From positions 13,144,001 to 13,208,000 of the forward strand of contig OX597827.1 of the NCBI GenBank assembly GCA_951406725.2: 64,000 nt of DNA. The letters are read 5' to 3'. Below are positions 42,560 through 58,745 of the stretch, one piece after another. Source of the DNA: Octopus vulgaris (lineage: Eukaryota). The translations under genes were made by a program, and so were the position numbers. The stretch's first letter is position 1. Every line of letters begins with the position of its first letter. The notes beneath the pieces were generated by a model. It was not told the origin of the DNA. It searched no databases and saw only the letters and a list, made by a program, of their open reading frames with translations.

Positions 42560-43255
42560 CTTTTCTACTCTAGGCACAAGGCCCGAAATGTTTGGGGAGA
42601 TGGCCAGTCGATTAGATTGACCCCAGTATGCAACTGGTATTTAATTTATTTATTAAGGCGGTGAGCTGGCAGAAATGTTAGCACACCGGGCGAAATGCTT
42701 AGCGGTATTTCATCTGCCGTTACGTTGTGAGTTCAAATTCCGCCGAGGTCGACTTTGCCTTTCATCCTTTCGGGGTCGATAAATTAAGCACCAGTTACGC
42801 ACTGGGGTCGATGTAATCGACTTAATACCTATGTCTGTCCTTGTTTGTCCCCTCTATGTTTGGCCCCTTGTGGGTAATAAAGAAATAGGCATTTAATTTA
42901 TTAACCCTGAAAGGATAAAAGGCAAAGTCGATCTTGGCGGAATTTGAACTCAGAACATAAAGACAGATGAAATATCACTAAGCATTTCACCCAGTGTGCT
43001 AACATTTCTGCCAGCTTGCTGCCTTATTATCATTGTTATTCTTTTCTTCTCTAGGCACAAGGTCCAAAATTTTTGGGGAGGAGGGCAGTCGATTAAATTG
43101 ACCCTAGTACGCAATTGGTACTTAATTTATCAACCCTGAAAGGATGAAAGGCAAAGTCGACCTTGGCAGAATTTGAACTCAGAATGTAAAGACAGACAAA
43201 ATACTACTAGGCATTTCGCTTGGTGTGCTAGTGTTTCTGCCAGCTCACTGCCTTA
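42560..43255. mobile_element. SINE B cluster with a nested inverted copy (+42657-42890 inside -42560-43030)
   Basis: The host copy breaks at CTGGTATTTAATTTA and resumes after GGCATTTAATTTA. Confidence 0.8.
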
Positions 43256-43319
43256 TTATCATTATTACTAATACATCATCATCATCATCATCATCACCAT
43301 CACCACCGCCACAACCACC

Positions 43320-43353
<34 letters not shown>

Positions 43354-43607
43354 TACAAGATGTGCACAAATATCCGTCAAGTGTGAATAATGTAAATAAT
43401 GTAAATAATGTACATAATTCCTCATCTCTTAAATATAGAACTGTAAATGATCAATTAGTCAGTTGATTAGAAAATTTCACCAACTGGCTAATAACAAAGA
43501 AGTGGAATTGAACCTGTTCATGTGATATTAATATTAGCATGATGACCCTCCCAAGACACTATAAGATGCGCACAAGGTCGATAAGATTCACATTGTTTAC
43601 AGAATTC

Positions 43608-43722
43608 ATATATATAGCCTTATATATAGCCTTATATATAGCCATATATATATAGCCATATATATATAGCCATATATATAGCCTTATATATAGCCTTATA
43701 TATAGCCTTATATATATAGCCT
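43608..43722. repeat. (TATATATAGCC[T/A]) minisatellite
   Basis: About 9 units visible. Confidence 0.9.
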
Positions 43723-44391
43723 TGTACTCAAACACTTTCTTACTTTCATACACTGAATGTAGCCATAGTTGTTTCATAGCAAACATGTAAAAAAGGGAAA
43801 ACCAGGTAAGCCAGTTTCCATAATAATGATGTCTAGTGTAATGAAAATCCCAACCTAACAATACTTCTTTGAAAATTTACCGCAGAGCAAGAAAAAAACT
43901 GAGGCACTCTATTAGTTTATTTACATTTCCTGCAGCCATTTTGAAGAAGTTATCTTTATTTTAAAGCGGGATTTTTCTTTTGCCTTCAAATTACTGTGCA
44001 TTTAGCAGTTGACTGATATTCATTATTCAGTAAGTCTGTTTCTTATTTACTTTAATCTCTTTATTTACATAATAAATCCATTTTATAATGGGGTAAAAGT
44101 ACGTCAAAAGGCATCTTCTACATTCTCTCTCCTTTTCTTCCTTGCTCTTCTATGTATCATGCCACTAACACCCTCTCTTACTTCTAATGCTGTTTTGATC
44201 TCACTCTTACTTTTAAGCCTTCTCTTTACTGTCTTCCCTATTGATCTCCGACCCACCATTCTGTCGCCCTCTATCACGATGAGGATTTATATTTAAATAA
44301 ATTGAGTATTTTCAATCACCAAAAGTTATTCCTTCTTATAATGGGGTAGGAGACATGATAATTATAACTTAAATTTTTGTTATTCTATATA

Positions 44392-45660
44392 AGGCATAAG
44401 AGTGGCTGTGTGGTAAGTAGCTTGCTTACTAACCTCATGGTTCCAGGTTCAGTCCCACCGTGTGGCACCTTGGGCAAGTGTCTTCTACTATAGCCTCGGG
44501 CCGACCAAAGCCTTGTGAGTGGATTTGATAGACAGAAACTGAAAGAAGCCTGTCGTATATATGTATGTATATGTGTGTGTGTGTGTGTGTGTGTATATGT
44601 TTGTATGTCTGTGCTTGTCCCCCACCATCACTTGACAACCAATGCTGGTGTGTTCATGTCCACATAATTTAGTGGTTCAGCACAAGAGATCGATAGAATA
44701 AGTATTAGGCTTACAAAGAATAAGTCCTGGGGTCAATTTGCTTGATTAAAAGGTGGTGCTCCAGCATGGCCACAGTCAACGACTGAAACAAGTAAAAGAG
44801 AGTAAAAGAGTAATAAATTTGCTAACGTCAATTTAGTACACACATGTGTACTTACAATGCACACTACTCCACTTATTTATCAATGAACCTCAGAAACAGC
44901 TGTAAAGAACTGCCATCAATTCTACTCTCTCTTACCTTTGATGTTAATGTATGAATTTTCCAGATATCTACCTATATATAAAGAACTTCTATGAACTTTT
45001 TTTCCCTGCTTCCTGCTTAATCATATCTATATGCACATCTATCATTTATCTTTTACTTGTCTCATCATCAGACTGCAGCCTTGATGGGGGACAACTTTGA
45101 AGAATTCTAGCCAAACAAATCAACCCCAGGAATTGATTTCTTTTTTAAGCCTAATATTTATTTTGTTGATTTCTTTTGCTGAACTGCTAAGTTCAAGATC
45201 GCAAATACACAAATACTGGTTGCCAAACAGCGTGGTGGGGAAGGGTAAAAACAGATATAAACACACACACACACACACATGTATGTATGTGTGACAGGAT
45301 TCTTTCAGCTTCTGCCAACCAGATCCACTCACAAGGCTTTGGGTGGTCCAAGAATACAATAGAAGACATTTGCTCAAGATGCCATACAGTGGAATTGAAC
45401 CTGGAACCATGTGTTTGGAAAGCAAACTTCATACCTATTTCTTTATTACCCACAAGGGGCTAAACATAGAGGGGACAAACAAGGACAGACATAGGTATTA
45501 AGTCGATTACATCGACCCCAGTGCGTAACTGGTACTTAATTTATCGACCCCGAAAGGATGAAAGGCAAAGTCGACATCGGCGGAATTTGAACTCAGAACG
45601 TAGAGACAGACGAAATACCGCTAAGCATTTCGCCCAGTGTGCTAACGTTTCTGCCAGCTC
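44392..45660. mobile_element. SINE A (+44392-44812), diverged SINE A (-45045-45430), SINE B (-45434-45660)
   Basis: Family matches. Confidence 0.8.
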
Positions 45661-46886
45661 TATAACTTATTCATTGATATTCTCACATCATTAATAACTG
45701 CCTGTTCATCATATTTAAAACCATTTTAAAACGACAATCCTAAACACCAGAAAATCCACAGGGGGTGGCATATCAAATATTTAAATTGCTGAGGAAAATT
45801 ACTGTAAAATCAGAATGAGCAGGAACTAGACTCTTCTGATTGTTATATAAGCTTAACTTTAACAACAGTCTACATTCATTAAATAGAATACCAGCAGAGT
45901 TACCTGATATTGTACAGGTGCCATATATGTAAAAAGCCTTTCTTCGTGTATTTTTCTTTGTTTTTTTTTTTGTTTGTTTTTTTTTGTTAAATTTTGTTAA
46001 ATGTTTTGATTTATGGTTAAATCATTTTGTAGTTATTTTTCTACGTAAATACGAAGCAGCGAATAAAGGATTAATTGGAAATGAAGAAAGGAAATATAAT
46101 GCATTCGTTATTGTATATCATATATATTGCTTGTTAATGCTTCTTTATCAAGCTTTCAATTCATATCTCTCTGCAAAGTTTTGTGATTCACAGAAAGGAA
46201 CAGAACAGAAAATAAAAAAAAAAAACAAAAAAAGATAATTCAATGATCAACGTGAAAGTTATTCATTGTATAGTGATCTCTGATTGCCAAATATGTGGAA
46301 ACGGTATTTTTTTAAAAAAAATTTATTTTTATTTCATTGTATTTTATTTCACTTCTTTATTTATTTTGGTTAAACTTAATTTAATGCAACGTTTCATAGG
46401 CAATGGTTCATTGAGAGATAGTTTTGAGAAAGAAAGAAAAAATCTTCTACGTAATGAAGTGTTTGTTGAGACCATAGAATTGAAAAGACTATATATAAAG
46501 ATATAATGACATCTATCAACAATCGTTGCCATGGTAATAGCTTATTGAATCAAAGTTACATCACTGCACATGTGTGCATGTGCATCTTTCCAGTTGGGCA
46601 TATGCATGATGAGATGCACAAATACAGCCCCAGGGACTTTCAACCCTGCTTTTCTTGTGCGTGTGTGCATGTGTGTGTGTGGGTGGGGGTGGTGCACATG
46701 CATATGCGTATGTGCATGTGTATACATGTGTGGTGGTGGTGGTGGTGGGGGGGGGGGGTAGATGTTATTCTGGAAAGAATTTGGATTTATGCATAAATTT
46801 TGGTAAGAATTGAGAAATTTTGAAACTGTTTCAGTACAAGTAAACATCAGTGTTTACTGATATACCATTATATGTAAATTAATCAT

Positions 46887-48090
46887 TACTCTTACTCTTT
46901 TACTCGTTTCAGTCATTTGACTGCGGCCATGCTGGAGCACCGCCTTTAGTCGAGCAACTCAACCCCGGGACTTATTCTTTTGTAAGCCCAGTACTTATTC
47001 TATCGGTCCTCTTTTTGCTGAACCGCTAAGAAACGGGGACATAAACACACCAGCATCGGTTGTCAAGTAAAGCTAGGGGGACAAACACAGACACACAAAC
47101 ACACACGCACACATATACATATATATACATATATACGACAGGCTTCTTTCAGTTTCCATCTACCAAATCCACTCACAAGGCTTTGGTTGGCCCGAGGCTA
47201 TAGTAGAAGACACTTGCCCAAGGTGCCACGCAGTGGGACTGAACCCAGAACCATGTGGTTTGTAAGCAAGCTACTTACCACACAGCCACTTCTCCTTATT
47301 TCTTTTCCCTTACAAGAGGAATGAACCCATTCAAATCTATTTAACATTCACTCTATGTTGACTGGTGATACAGTATGGACAGATTTTTCAAAATCCAATG
47401 ATACCCTACACGCCTATTTGGTTATAAAATTTTACAAATATGCTCTCTCAGAGAGACATGATATACCTATCATTATGGATAATGCTAAATATACCTTTCG
47501 GATTTTTCATAGTGTGATGTAACTCTTTGGAATAACAATTGCATGCAGCTTAAGAGAGTTTGAAACCATCATTTATGTCTATTATACACTGATGTAAGAA
47601 TAGGTCATTTATAAAGCTTGAAACACGTGTACCGCGACATCCTTTGTGTTCTGTTTTTGATTTCATTTGATACACACACACACACACATACACTTTTACT
47701 TGTTTCAGTCATTTGACTGCAGCCATGCTGGAGCACCACCTTTAGTTGAGCAAATCGACCCCGGGCCTTTTACTTTGTAAGCCCAGTACTTATTCTATCG
47801 GTCTCTTTTGCCGAACCGCTAAGTGACAGGGACGTAAACATACCAGCATCGGTTGTCAAGCAATGCTAGGGGGAAAATCACACAAACACATACACACACA
47901 TATATATACATATATATACATATATACGACAGGCTTCTTTCAGTTTCCGTCTACCAAATCCACTCACAAGGCATTGGTCGGCCCGGGGCTATAGCAGAAG
48001 ACACTTGCCCAAGAAGCCACGAAGTGGGACTGAACCCGGAACCATGTGGTTGGTTAGCAAGCTACTTACCACACAGCCACTCCTGCGCCT
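46887..48090 (-). mobile_element. Two full-length SINE A copies (46887-47292, 47693-48090)
   Basis: Family matches. Confidence 0.9.
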
Positions 48091-48156
<66 letters not shown>

Positions 48157-48175
48157 ATATATGTATATATATATG

Positions 48176-48206
<31 letters not shown>

Positions 48207-48226
48207 GTATATATATATATGCACAT

Positions 48227-48641
48227 CAGCACTGAATTAACCATTAAGCAAAATAGGCATCAAGGGAAGAAGGGGGTACCACAGAAAAAGTAGATGGTTT
48301 ATGACACAAAAGAAATCACTTTAAACTTGATAAAATAATATTTGGGATACCTTTATCTCTACTAAATATAGGTACTGATGAGTTACCTAAGATTAATTTT
48401 GAGGATCTGATCAAAGACTTTGTAATTCAAAAAAGTAGGAGGAAATTTTTCAAATATAAATAAAGTGGAAGCATAAAAAAATGAAAATTTTTTTTTCCTT
48501 CTTACTGTTTTGTATAATTTTGAAAAATAAAAATTTATTTTATGGTTTGATATTGTTTGTATTTTGAATTCCATAATCTTTTATGGGGGCACCAAAATCT
48601 TTTAAGTGCTTACGGCCTCAATGATTCTTAATCCGGCCCTG
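48227..48641. mobile_element. Degenerate hAT-like MITE
   Basis: Ends CAGCACTGAATTAA / TTAATCCGGCCCTG; imperfect 8-bp flanks ATGCACAT / GTGCACTA. Confidence 0.5.
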
Positions 48642-49149
48642 GTGCACTAAGTCAGTGTATGTGGCCTAGCGCTAAGGGTGTTGCATTCGCAGTTATGAGA
48701 TTACGATTTCAATTCCTGGTCTGGTTGGAGCTTAGTGTTCTTGGACAAAACACTTTGACTCCTGTTGCTCTGCAGTCACTTCCAAAACCTGATGTATAGT
48801 ACACTTCGAAACCTGATGTGTGGTACCTGGTTAGACAATATTGATTTGATGGAGGGCGTTAGCTAATTTTACAGCAAAGACAATTGTTTACTATACATAA
48901 ATCATTTGGGCATTTTGTTGAGCAAGGAATGGCTGCAGAAATGTCTTTCTTAAACTAAGAGAGACTAAGGAAGACCACCATCATCATCATCATCATCATC
49001 ATCATCATAGATGCACACACTCATACACACACACACACACATATGCATACACACATGCACATACACATGCACACACACACACATGCATACACACACATGC
49101 ACACACACACACAAACGTAAATTTATGTATGTATATATATATATTATTT

Positions 49150-49614
49150 TAGTTGTTTCAGTAATTTCACTGTGGCCATGCTGGAGCACGACCTTTAATC
49201 AAACAAAGTGACCCTGGGACTTATTCATTGTAAGCCTAGTACTTATTCTACCAGGTTCTTTTGCTGAACTGCTAAGTTACAGGGATGTAAACATCTCAAC
49301 ATTGGTTGTCAAGCAATGGTGGGGAGACAAACACACATGCACACACAAAAATACATTCCTACATACATGCATACAAAAATACACTCATACATACATACAC
49401 ATATATACATATATATATATATATATATACGATGGGCTTCTTTCAGTTTCAGTCTACCAAATCCACTCACAAGGCCTTGGTTGGCCCAAGGCTATAGTAG
49501 GAGACACTTGCCCAAGGTGCGACATAGTGGGACTGAACCTGGAACCATGTGGTTGGGAAGCAAGCTTCTTACCACACAGCCATGCCTGCACCTATGTATA
49601 TACACACACACACT

Positions 49615-49699
<85 letters not shown>

Positions 49700-50230
49700 T
49701 TATTTTGGGGTTGAAACTTCATAAATTGTTGCTGAAATTTGTGAAATTTCCATTTCTAATAAATAATTACCTCGCTCTACTATTGGAACTGGAATTGCAT
49801 TTTCTTTACCTTGACCATGCATGCTCTCACATCTATACTCTTCCATATATAAATTTATTGTGTATGTGTATGTGTATTTATGTACATACATATACACACA
49901 CATGCATACATCCATACAAACCAAATGACCTTAGCATGTATACAGCATATAAAAGAAATTCATTAAAGGAGATCCTCCATTGATCAACATATCTCCATGG
50001 CCATGTAGCACCACATGAACCGTTTTTCATTTTTTTGTTATTTATTTTTACTTCTTTCAATTATTAGTTTGTAGGCATGCCGGGGCCCCACCTTAGAATT
50101 TTAGTCAAATGAATTGACACCAGCACTAAAATTTATAGGGATGTAAGTTACGGGGATGTAAATACCCCAACACTGGTTGTTAAGTGCTAATGGTGGACAA
50201 ACACAGACAGACAGATGCACACACATATAT

Positions 50231-50266
<36 letters not shown>

Positions 50267-50302
50267 ATACACATACACATATATATATATATAGATAGAT
50301 AG

Positions 50303-50333
<31 letters not shown>

Positions 50334-50393
50334 ATATATATATATATACATATATATATAATATATATATACATATATATAATATATATATAC

Positions 50394-50452
<59 letters not shown>

Positions 50453-51100
50453 GGCTTCTTTCAATTTCTCTGTACTGAGTCCACTCACAAGGTTTTGGTT
50501 GGCTTGAAGTTATGGATGAAAACACTGACCCAAGGTGTCACACAGTGGGACTGAACCCAGAACCATGCGGTTGAAAAGCAAACTTTAGCAATTTTTTTTT
50601 TTTTTTTTTTGATGAAACTAGCAATTCCCAAAAATGCAAATTTCATTTCTCCATAGCACTAATGTTTATCCAAAGGAAAGGTTATTGGTTTGGACAGGAC
50701 TGATACAGCGGGACAAAAGGCAAAGTCATTTCTACCGGGATTTGAACTCAGAACAGAGAGAGACTAAACAATAACTGCAAGGTATTGTATCGACTACTCT
50801 AATAACCTTGCAAATTTACCAACTAATTGGATGCATAATTAGTCTTAATGAAAGGAAACTGAATTATGTTTTTGATTAGATTCCTCACGTCTTTTATCTT
50901 TTCTTTTGTTTCACTCATCAGACTGTGGCCATGCTGGGGCACTAACTGAAAGTGTTTTATGTCGAGCAAAACAACTCGAGTCTTTATTTTTAAGGTTTCA
51001 TATTTATTCAACCAGTCTCTTTTACTGAACTGCTAAGTTACAGGGACAAACAAACACCAGTTATTAAGCAGCATTTGAGGAACAAACACAAGCACAGATA
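49150..51100 (-). mobile_element. Three SINE A copies of increasing divergence (49150-49592, 50040-50585, 50895-51100)
   Basis: Family matches. Confidence 0.75.
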
Positions 51101-51192
51101 CACATGCATGTTTTATCTATACATATATATATATGAACATACATGTGTGTATATATATATGTATATAAACATACATACACATATACATTTAT

Positions 51193-51224
<32 letters not shown>

Positions 51225-52162
51225 CTTTCTTTATTGGCCACACAGGGCTGAATACAGAGGGGACAAATATAAATGTAGAGCTTTTCTTTTCAAAAATGAA
51301 AAAGAAAAGGGGAAAAAAAAGAGAAAAAAGGTAAAATTCCGATCAAAAGGGATCGGGAAAAAAAGAGACAGATAGATAAGATAGATGGATAGATAGATGG
51401 ATAGATAGATAGGTAGGTAGATAGATATATTTCTGTATGTATGAATGTATATGGCATGTTTCTGTGCACTTGCTTCCAGCAACTTTTACTCACAAGGCAT
51501 AAGTCAACCCAGAACAAAATAGAAAACAAGTTACCCTGGGTACCACCAGGTAGTTTGATTGAAACTAAGACCATGTGGTTGCAAAGCAAAAAACGTTTTA
51601 ACCACATAACCATGTCTTGTGACTTAAATTCAGTGAGATTTGAAACCTGATCAGCCGAAAACAAATGACAAATTATTTTGTAAATTATTTTGTCTCACTT
51701 TCTTCCCTTCTCTAATAACTCACTTCTCTCAGGAAATCTAGATGCTTAAATAAAACAAGTTCCTTGTTACAAGTTCACAGAAACAAAACAAATAATACTT
51801 TTTCTAACTGTGAGTATGTTTTTTTTTTTTTTCCTTTGCTTTTGTCTTTTTTTTGTTTCTTTTTAATGTTGTTTTTGTTTCATAAAGTGAACGGAATTAT
51901 TGTGGTCAAATATATTAATTGATCTACTAAGTTCACTTCTAAAAATATCCACATACTCAATGAATGCAAATCGATTCCTGTATATATATATATATATTTC
52001 CGAAAAATTTGTATGCATGTATATACATTCATTTGCTTGCACACCCACCTGTATATATAAAGTATGTGTGTATAACATGAACGGAATTATGAATGAGAGG
52101 AAATACATTTCACACTTTCTCTCTCATACGTACATACACACATATATATATATATATACATA

Positions 52163-52201
<39 letters not shown>

Positions 52202-52291
52202 ATAAAAACGGTAAGATAACAAAAGAAAGAAAGAGACCTCAATATTATGTAAATAGAGGAAATTTATATACACACACACACACACACACAT

Positions 52292-52330
<39 letters not shown>

Positions 52331-52686
52331 TAGATAGATAGATAGATAAAGAAATAGATAGATAGACATATAGATAAATAGATACATACATACATGCATA
52401 CAAGCATACACACATATATATCTATCTATTATTCCATCCATATATATATATAGGTAGATAGATATATAGATATATTATATAAATATATATGTGTATGTGT
52501 GTGTGTAGGTAGCTAGATATGTTTCTTTATTAGCCGCACAGGGCTGAACACAGAGGGGACAAATTACAAAGTAGAGCTTTTCTTTTGGGGGAAAAAAAGG
52601 AAAAAGCTGGGTTAGGTTTTCGATCAAAAAGTGATCGTTAAAAAAAAAAAAAAAAAAAACGATCACTAAGGATCGTGTATCACAGT

Positions 52687-53045
<359 letters not shown>

Positions 53046-53234
53046 TTCTATCGTTTAGTTAAGTTTTATATGAAAGGTAAATCATCTGAGTAGGTTGGAT
53101 AATAAAGCTTGGATTTGACAAAATGTGTTTCATACAAAGAAACCATAAGCAAACATATACAAACCTATAGACGTATATGTATACAAAGTATCGATGTTTA
53201 ATTCATCATTAATTTACACACGCGCGCGCGCACC

Positions 53235-53749
<515 letters not shown>

Positions 53750-54257
53750 AGTTCACTTAGCTAGTTATATATATATATATATATACACGCGTGCGCGCAT
53801 GTGTACACTTGCGCGTGCAGCGATTTCAAAGATACAAGACTACAACTTTTGAATAAGAGCAAAATCAATAACTATTATTATTATAATATCCCCCCGTATT
53901 AGCATAGTACTTTTATTTAACAAAACCTTGAAGAAAATCTAAAGCCAATTTGATTATGGTGAGATTTGAACTCGACTATAAACAATTACCACTTATATGC
54001 TACAAGTCATTTTGCCCGCCCCTATATCAATGCTACCAATTTCATTCAGAAAGTTCACTTAGCTAGTTATGTTTTGCTCATATGTTTAATTAGCACTAAG
54101 TATTTATATATATAGTAAAGAAGTAATATAGGCGGTGCTCCAGCATGGCCACAGTCAAATGACTGAAACAAATAAAAGAATAAAAAAATATATATTAGCT
54201 CAGAAACGTGCATATATATTATTGTATTATTGTGTAACTTGTATTCATGCTTTGTTT

Positions 54258-54345
<88 letters not shown>

Positions 54346-54596
54346 TATACACGCGCATACACACATACATACACACTGACAGGTAAGATATTTATGTACT
54401 TAACCAATTGTTAGGTGTAGATATCCACGCAACTTCATACTTAATATATTTGTATACATGCGCAAGAGTGTAGATTCAGTTAAATTTTCCTTACAAATAC
54501 ACATACAAACATATATATACTCACACACACATACATACATGCATACACACACACACACACGTATAGATGTATGTATTTATAACGATCAATTCATCT

Positions 54597-55024
54597 GTGT
54601 ATGTATGTATGTGTGTGTGTATGTATGTATGTGTGTGTGCGTGTATGTATGTATGTATGTATGTATGTATGTATGTATGTGTGTATGTGTGTATGTATGT
54701 GTGTGTGTATGTATGTATGTATGTATGTATGTATGTATGTATGTATGTATGTATGTATGTATGTATGTATGTATGTATGAATGTTTGTATGTATGTGTTT
54801 TATGTATGTATGTATGTATGTATGTATGTATGTATGTATGTATGCATGTATGTATGTATGTATGTATGAATGTGTATGTATGTATGTATGTATGTATGTA
54901 TGTGTGTGTGTGTATGTATGTATGTATGTATGTATGTATGTATGTATGTATGTATGTATGTATGTATGTATGTATGTATGTATGTATGTATGTATGAATG
55001 TGTATGTATGTATGTATGTATGTA

Positions 55025-55055
<31 letters not shown>

Positions 55056-55248
55056 ATTTATGTATGTATGTATGTATGTATGTATCTGAAATTCTGTTAA
55101 GTATTACTGAGAGACTTTCCAGATTGCAATTAATATTTACATTACTTCGGCCGTGAGTTCCATTTACTCTTTGTTTGTAAACTCAATTGCTCGTACATCG
55201 AAACATACACGCATATGCATATGTGTGTATGAATATATATATATATAC

Positions 55249-55321
<73 letters not shown>

Positions 55322-55752
55322 TAGATAGATAGGTAGATAGACAGATATATGGATGGATAGATAGATAGATAGATACATACATACATACATACATACATAC
55401 ATAAAACATACATACATACATACATAGAGATAGATAGATAGCTATAAGTGAATGGGGATGTGTGAGTATACATATACATATATGAATATATACACACGCC
55501 CACACATGCACAAGAAAACATATACATATAAACGTATCGATAAATATACGCACACGCACGTGCATTCACCCACTCAATTAGTTTACTTAGAAAATTATAT
55601 AAAAGTGTGTAAGTGCGTTATATGTACGTGTGCGTGTGTGTGTGTGTGTGTTTGTTTGTGTGTGTGTGTGTGTGTGTGTTTGTTTGTGTGTGTGCGTGTT
55701 TGTTTGTGTGTGTGTGCGCGTGTTTGTTTGTATGTGTGTGTGTGTGCGTGCG

Positions 55753-55800
<48 letters not shown>

Positions 55801-55907
55801 GTGTGTGTGTGTGTGTTTGTTTGTGTGTGTGTGTGTGTGCGTGTTTGTGTGTGTGTGTGTGCGTGTTTGTTTGTGTGTGTGTGTGTGCGTGTTTGTTTGT
55901 GTGTGTG

Positions 55908-55953
<46 letters not shown>

Positions 55954-55977
55954 TTTGTGTGTGTGTGTGTGTGTGTG

Positions 55978-56027
<50 letters not shown>

Positions 56028-56097
56028 GTTTGTGTGTGCGTGTTTGTTTGTTTGTGTGTGTGTGCGTGTTTATGTGTGTGTGTACGTGTGTGTGTGC
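54597..56097. repeat. (TATG)n, (GATA)n and (TG)/(TTTG)n microsatellite blocks
   Basis: Blocks at 54597-55085, 55248-55440 and 55627-56097. Confidence 0.97.
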
Positions 56098-56479
56098 AAT
56101 TATAAAAGTTGAAGTGAAATTCTACTGTACTCACGTTGTTAAAACCGATGTCAGGCAAGAACCGATAGAAGAAGCCGACAGAGAAGACCTCCTACTGTGC
56201 TGGACTCTAGCATAGCAATAAATGCCACGTTACGGCGGTTCATTTTTCTGCTGATTTAATCAATAAGAGAATCCCTTTCTTTGCCTCCCCCACGCTTCTC
56301 CTCCTCCTCTATATCCATCCATCCATCCATCCATCTATCATCCAGCAAGCCGTGTGCACATAAGTAAACAAACCAGCGCCAAGCACCCGGCGCTTATTAC
56401 AACACTGCATCATGTCGTGTATTAAACTTCTACAAAAAAACAATATTAATAATAATAATCCCTCCTGCTATAGATAGCA

Positions 56480-56846
56480 AAAGACACACAAACACACACA
56501 TAATTATATATATACGACGGGATTCTTTCAGTTTCCACTCACAAGGCTTTTGTCGCCCCCGAGGCTGTAGTATATTTCTTTACTGCCCACAAGGGGCTAA
56601 AAACGGAGGGGGACAAACAAGGACAGACAAAGGGATTAAGTCGATTACATCGACCCGCAGCGCGTAACTGGTACTTAATTTATCGACCCCGAAAGGATGA
56701 AAGGCAAAGTCGACCTCAGCGGAATTTGAACTCTTGCCCAAAGTGCCACGCAGTGGGACTGAACCTGGAGCCATGTGGTTGGTAAGCAAGCTTCTTACCA
56801 CACAGCCATGCCTGCGCATGCATACACACACACACACACACACATG

Positions 56847-56880
<34 letters not shown>

Positions 56881-58205
56881 CGCGTGTATGTGTGTGTGTG
56901 TGAAATTTGATGGGAGAGGGTTTGAGTCGATTACATCGACCTCATGTTCACAACTGGTACTTGTTTTATCGACCCCGAAAGGATAACCACGAGAGCGATA
57001 GTAATATGGACGATAACGGCAATGAATTGACATGAACAAGGAGAAGACGAGATCGATCACAAGAATAGGGCTTTTCATTAAGGCCCAAGACCAGAATTAT
57101 TTTCTTTTCTTTTGACGGGGGCGTGAGAAAAGGTCTTGTCATTTATTTTTGACCCTCAGTGTTAATTGGTTCTTATTTATTAGATCCCCGAACGGATAAA
57201 TGTCAAAGTCGACCTCAGCGGAAATTGAACCCAGAACGTAAAGCACATACGAAATTCTACTAAGCATTTTGCCCGGCGTGCTAACGGTTCTGCCAACTTG
57301 CAAGAATAATAAGAGCAATAAATGAGCAGAACTAACAACAACAACAACAACAATAACTACTACAGAAAGAAACTGCAATAATATAGTAATCTAACATGGG
57401 TTCCTTTACATGGTCACTTCACACGCTAGAAATAGCAGCTAAATCTACTCTAGCTTTCTCTTTAATGTCTTAAATAAAGAAAAGAAGCATTATATTCTAT
57501 AGTCCCAAAGGAAGTTTTAAATAGATAGGGTTTTAGGGTCAGAATGCCTTTGATCATAAGTCTGCTTGATAAGGTCTGACCTAGGGCTAAGCAACAACAA
57601 TAGCAGTAACAATATCACATTTATAGGATGCATCATCAATATTGAGCCAACGAAGGGGCCTCAGATTTCTAGAAAGAGTAGTCAAATATGCATTATATAG
57701 GTGCGAGCTGGCAGAAACATTAGCACACTGGGCAAAATGCTTAGCGGTATTTCGTCTGCCATTACGTTCTGAGTTCAAATTCCGCCAAGGTCAACTTTGC
57801 CTTTCATCCTTTCAGGGTCGATAAATTAAGTACCAGTTATGCACTGGAGTCGATATAATCGACTTAATCCCTTTGTCTGTCCTTGTTTGTCCATCTCTAT
57901 GTTTAACCCCTTGTGGGCAATGAAGAAATAAAAATCTGCATGGAAGCCCGTCATATATATATACATATGTATATATGTGTGTGTGTGATTTTGTGTCTGT
58001 ATTTCTTCCTCCCCTGATCCCTTGATGTTACTTTGTTGACATCCCCACAACCTAGTAGTTCAGCAAAAGAGGCTGATAGAATAAATACCAAGCTTTTTTT
58101 TTTAAAAAAAAAAAAAGAAAACTGGGGGGTCACATTGTTTGACTGAAACCCCCCCAAAATAGAACCCCAGCATGGCTGCTATCCAATGACTGAAACAAGT
58201 AAAAC
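56480..58205. mobile_element. Nested SINE A/B cluster
   Basis: SINE A (-56480-56817) interrupted by B (-56574-56732); B (+57700-57930); A 3' part (+57940-58205). Confidence 0.75.
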
Positions 58206-58745
58206 ACACAATACACCAGTGTGTGAGATCCTAAATGTTTGTGACTCATTTTTAATTCTGTTGACTCTTGGAAACAAGAAACTCACATTTGACTTTAGCA
58301 GGATTTGAACTCGGAACCAAAAAGTATCATACTATTTACCGCGACACATTTATTTCAGTTTTGCTTTCTGTTATTTTTTTAACGCCTCCCATCCACTCTT
58401 GTATAATGTGATGGGCAAGAAACCAGTTCCAGGTCTTTCTTGCATGCTGTGACTTCTCATCTCCTGACAATAAAACTGCCTTTCTGTCTACTGTAGCCCC
58501 CTGCTGTCATAAAGGACCTTAGTCCTTGCAAGGTGAATGGTGATCTCACCAGGACTTGGTGCTGCTACCAAAAAAAAGCACGTAGTACTTTCTATAAAGT
58601 GGTTGTTATTTAGGACAGGCATCCATCCAGCCAGAGAAGCCATGCCAAGAACAGACACACATTATTGGAGCATGGTGCAGTCTTCAGACTTGCCAGATCC
58701 TACCAAACTGTCCAATCCATGCCAGCATGGAAAATGGCCATTAAA

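Noticed and set aside
53751-54069. 18-bp direct repeat GTTCACTTAGCTAGTTAT
   Set aside because: Probably a TSD or small local duplication; no further structure was found.
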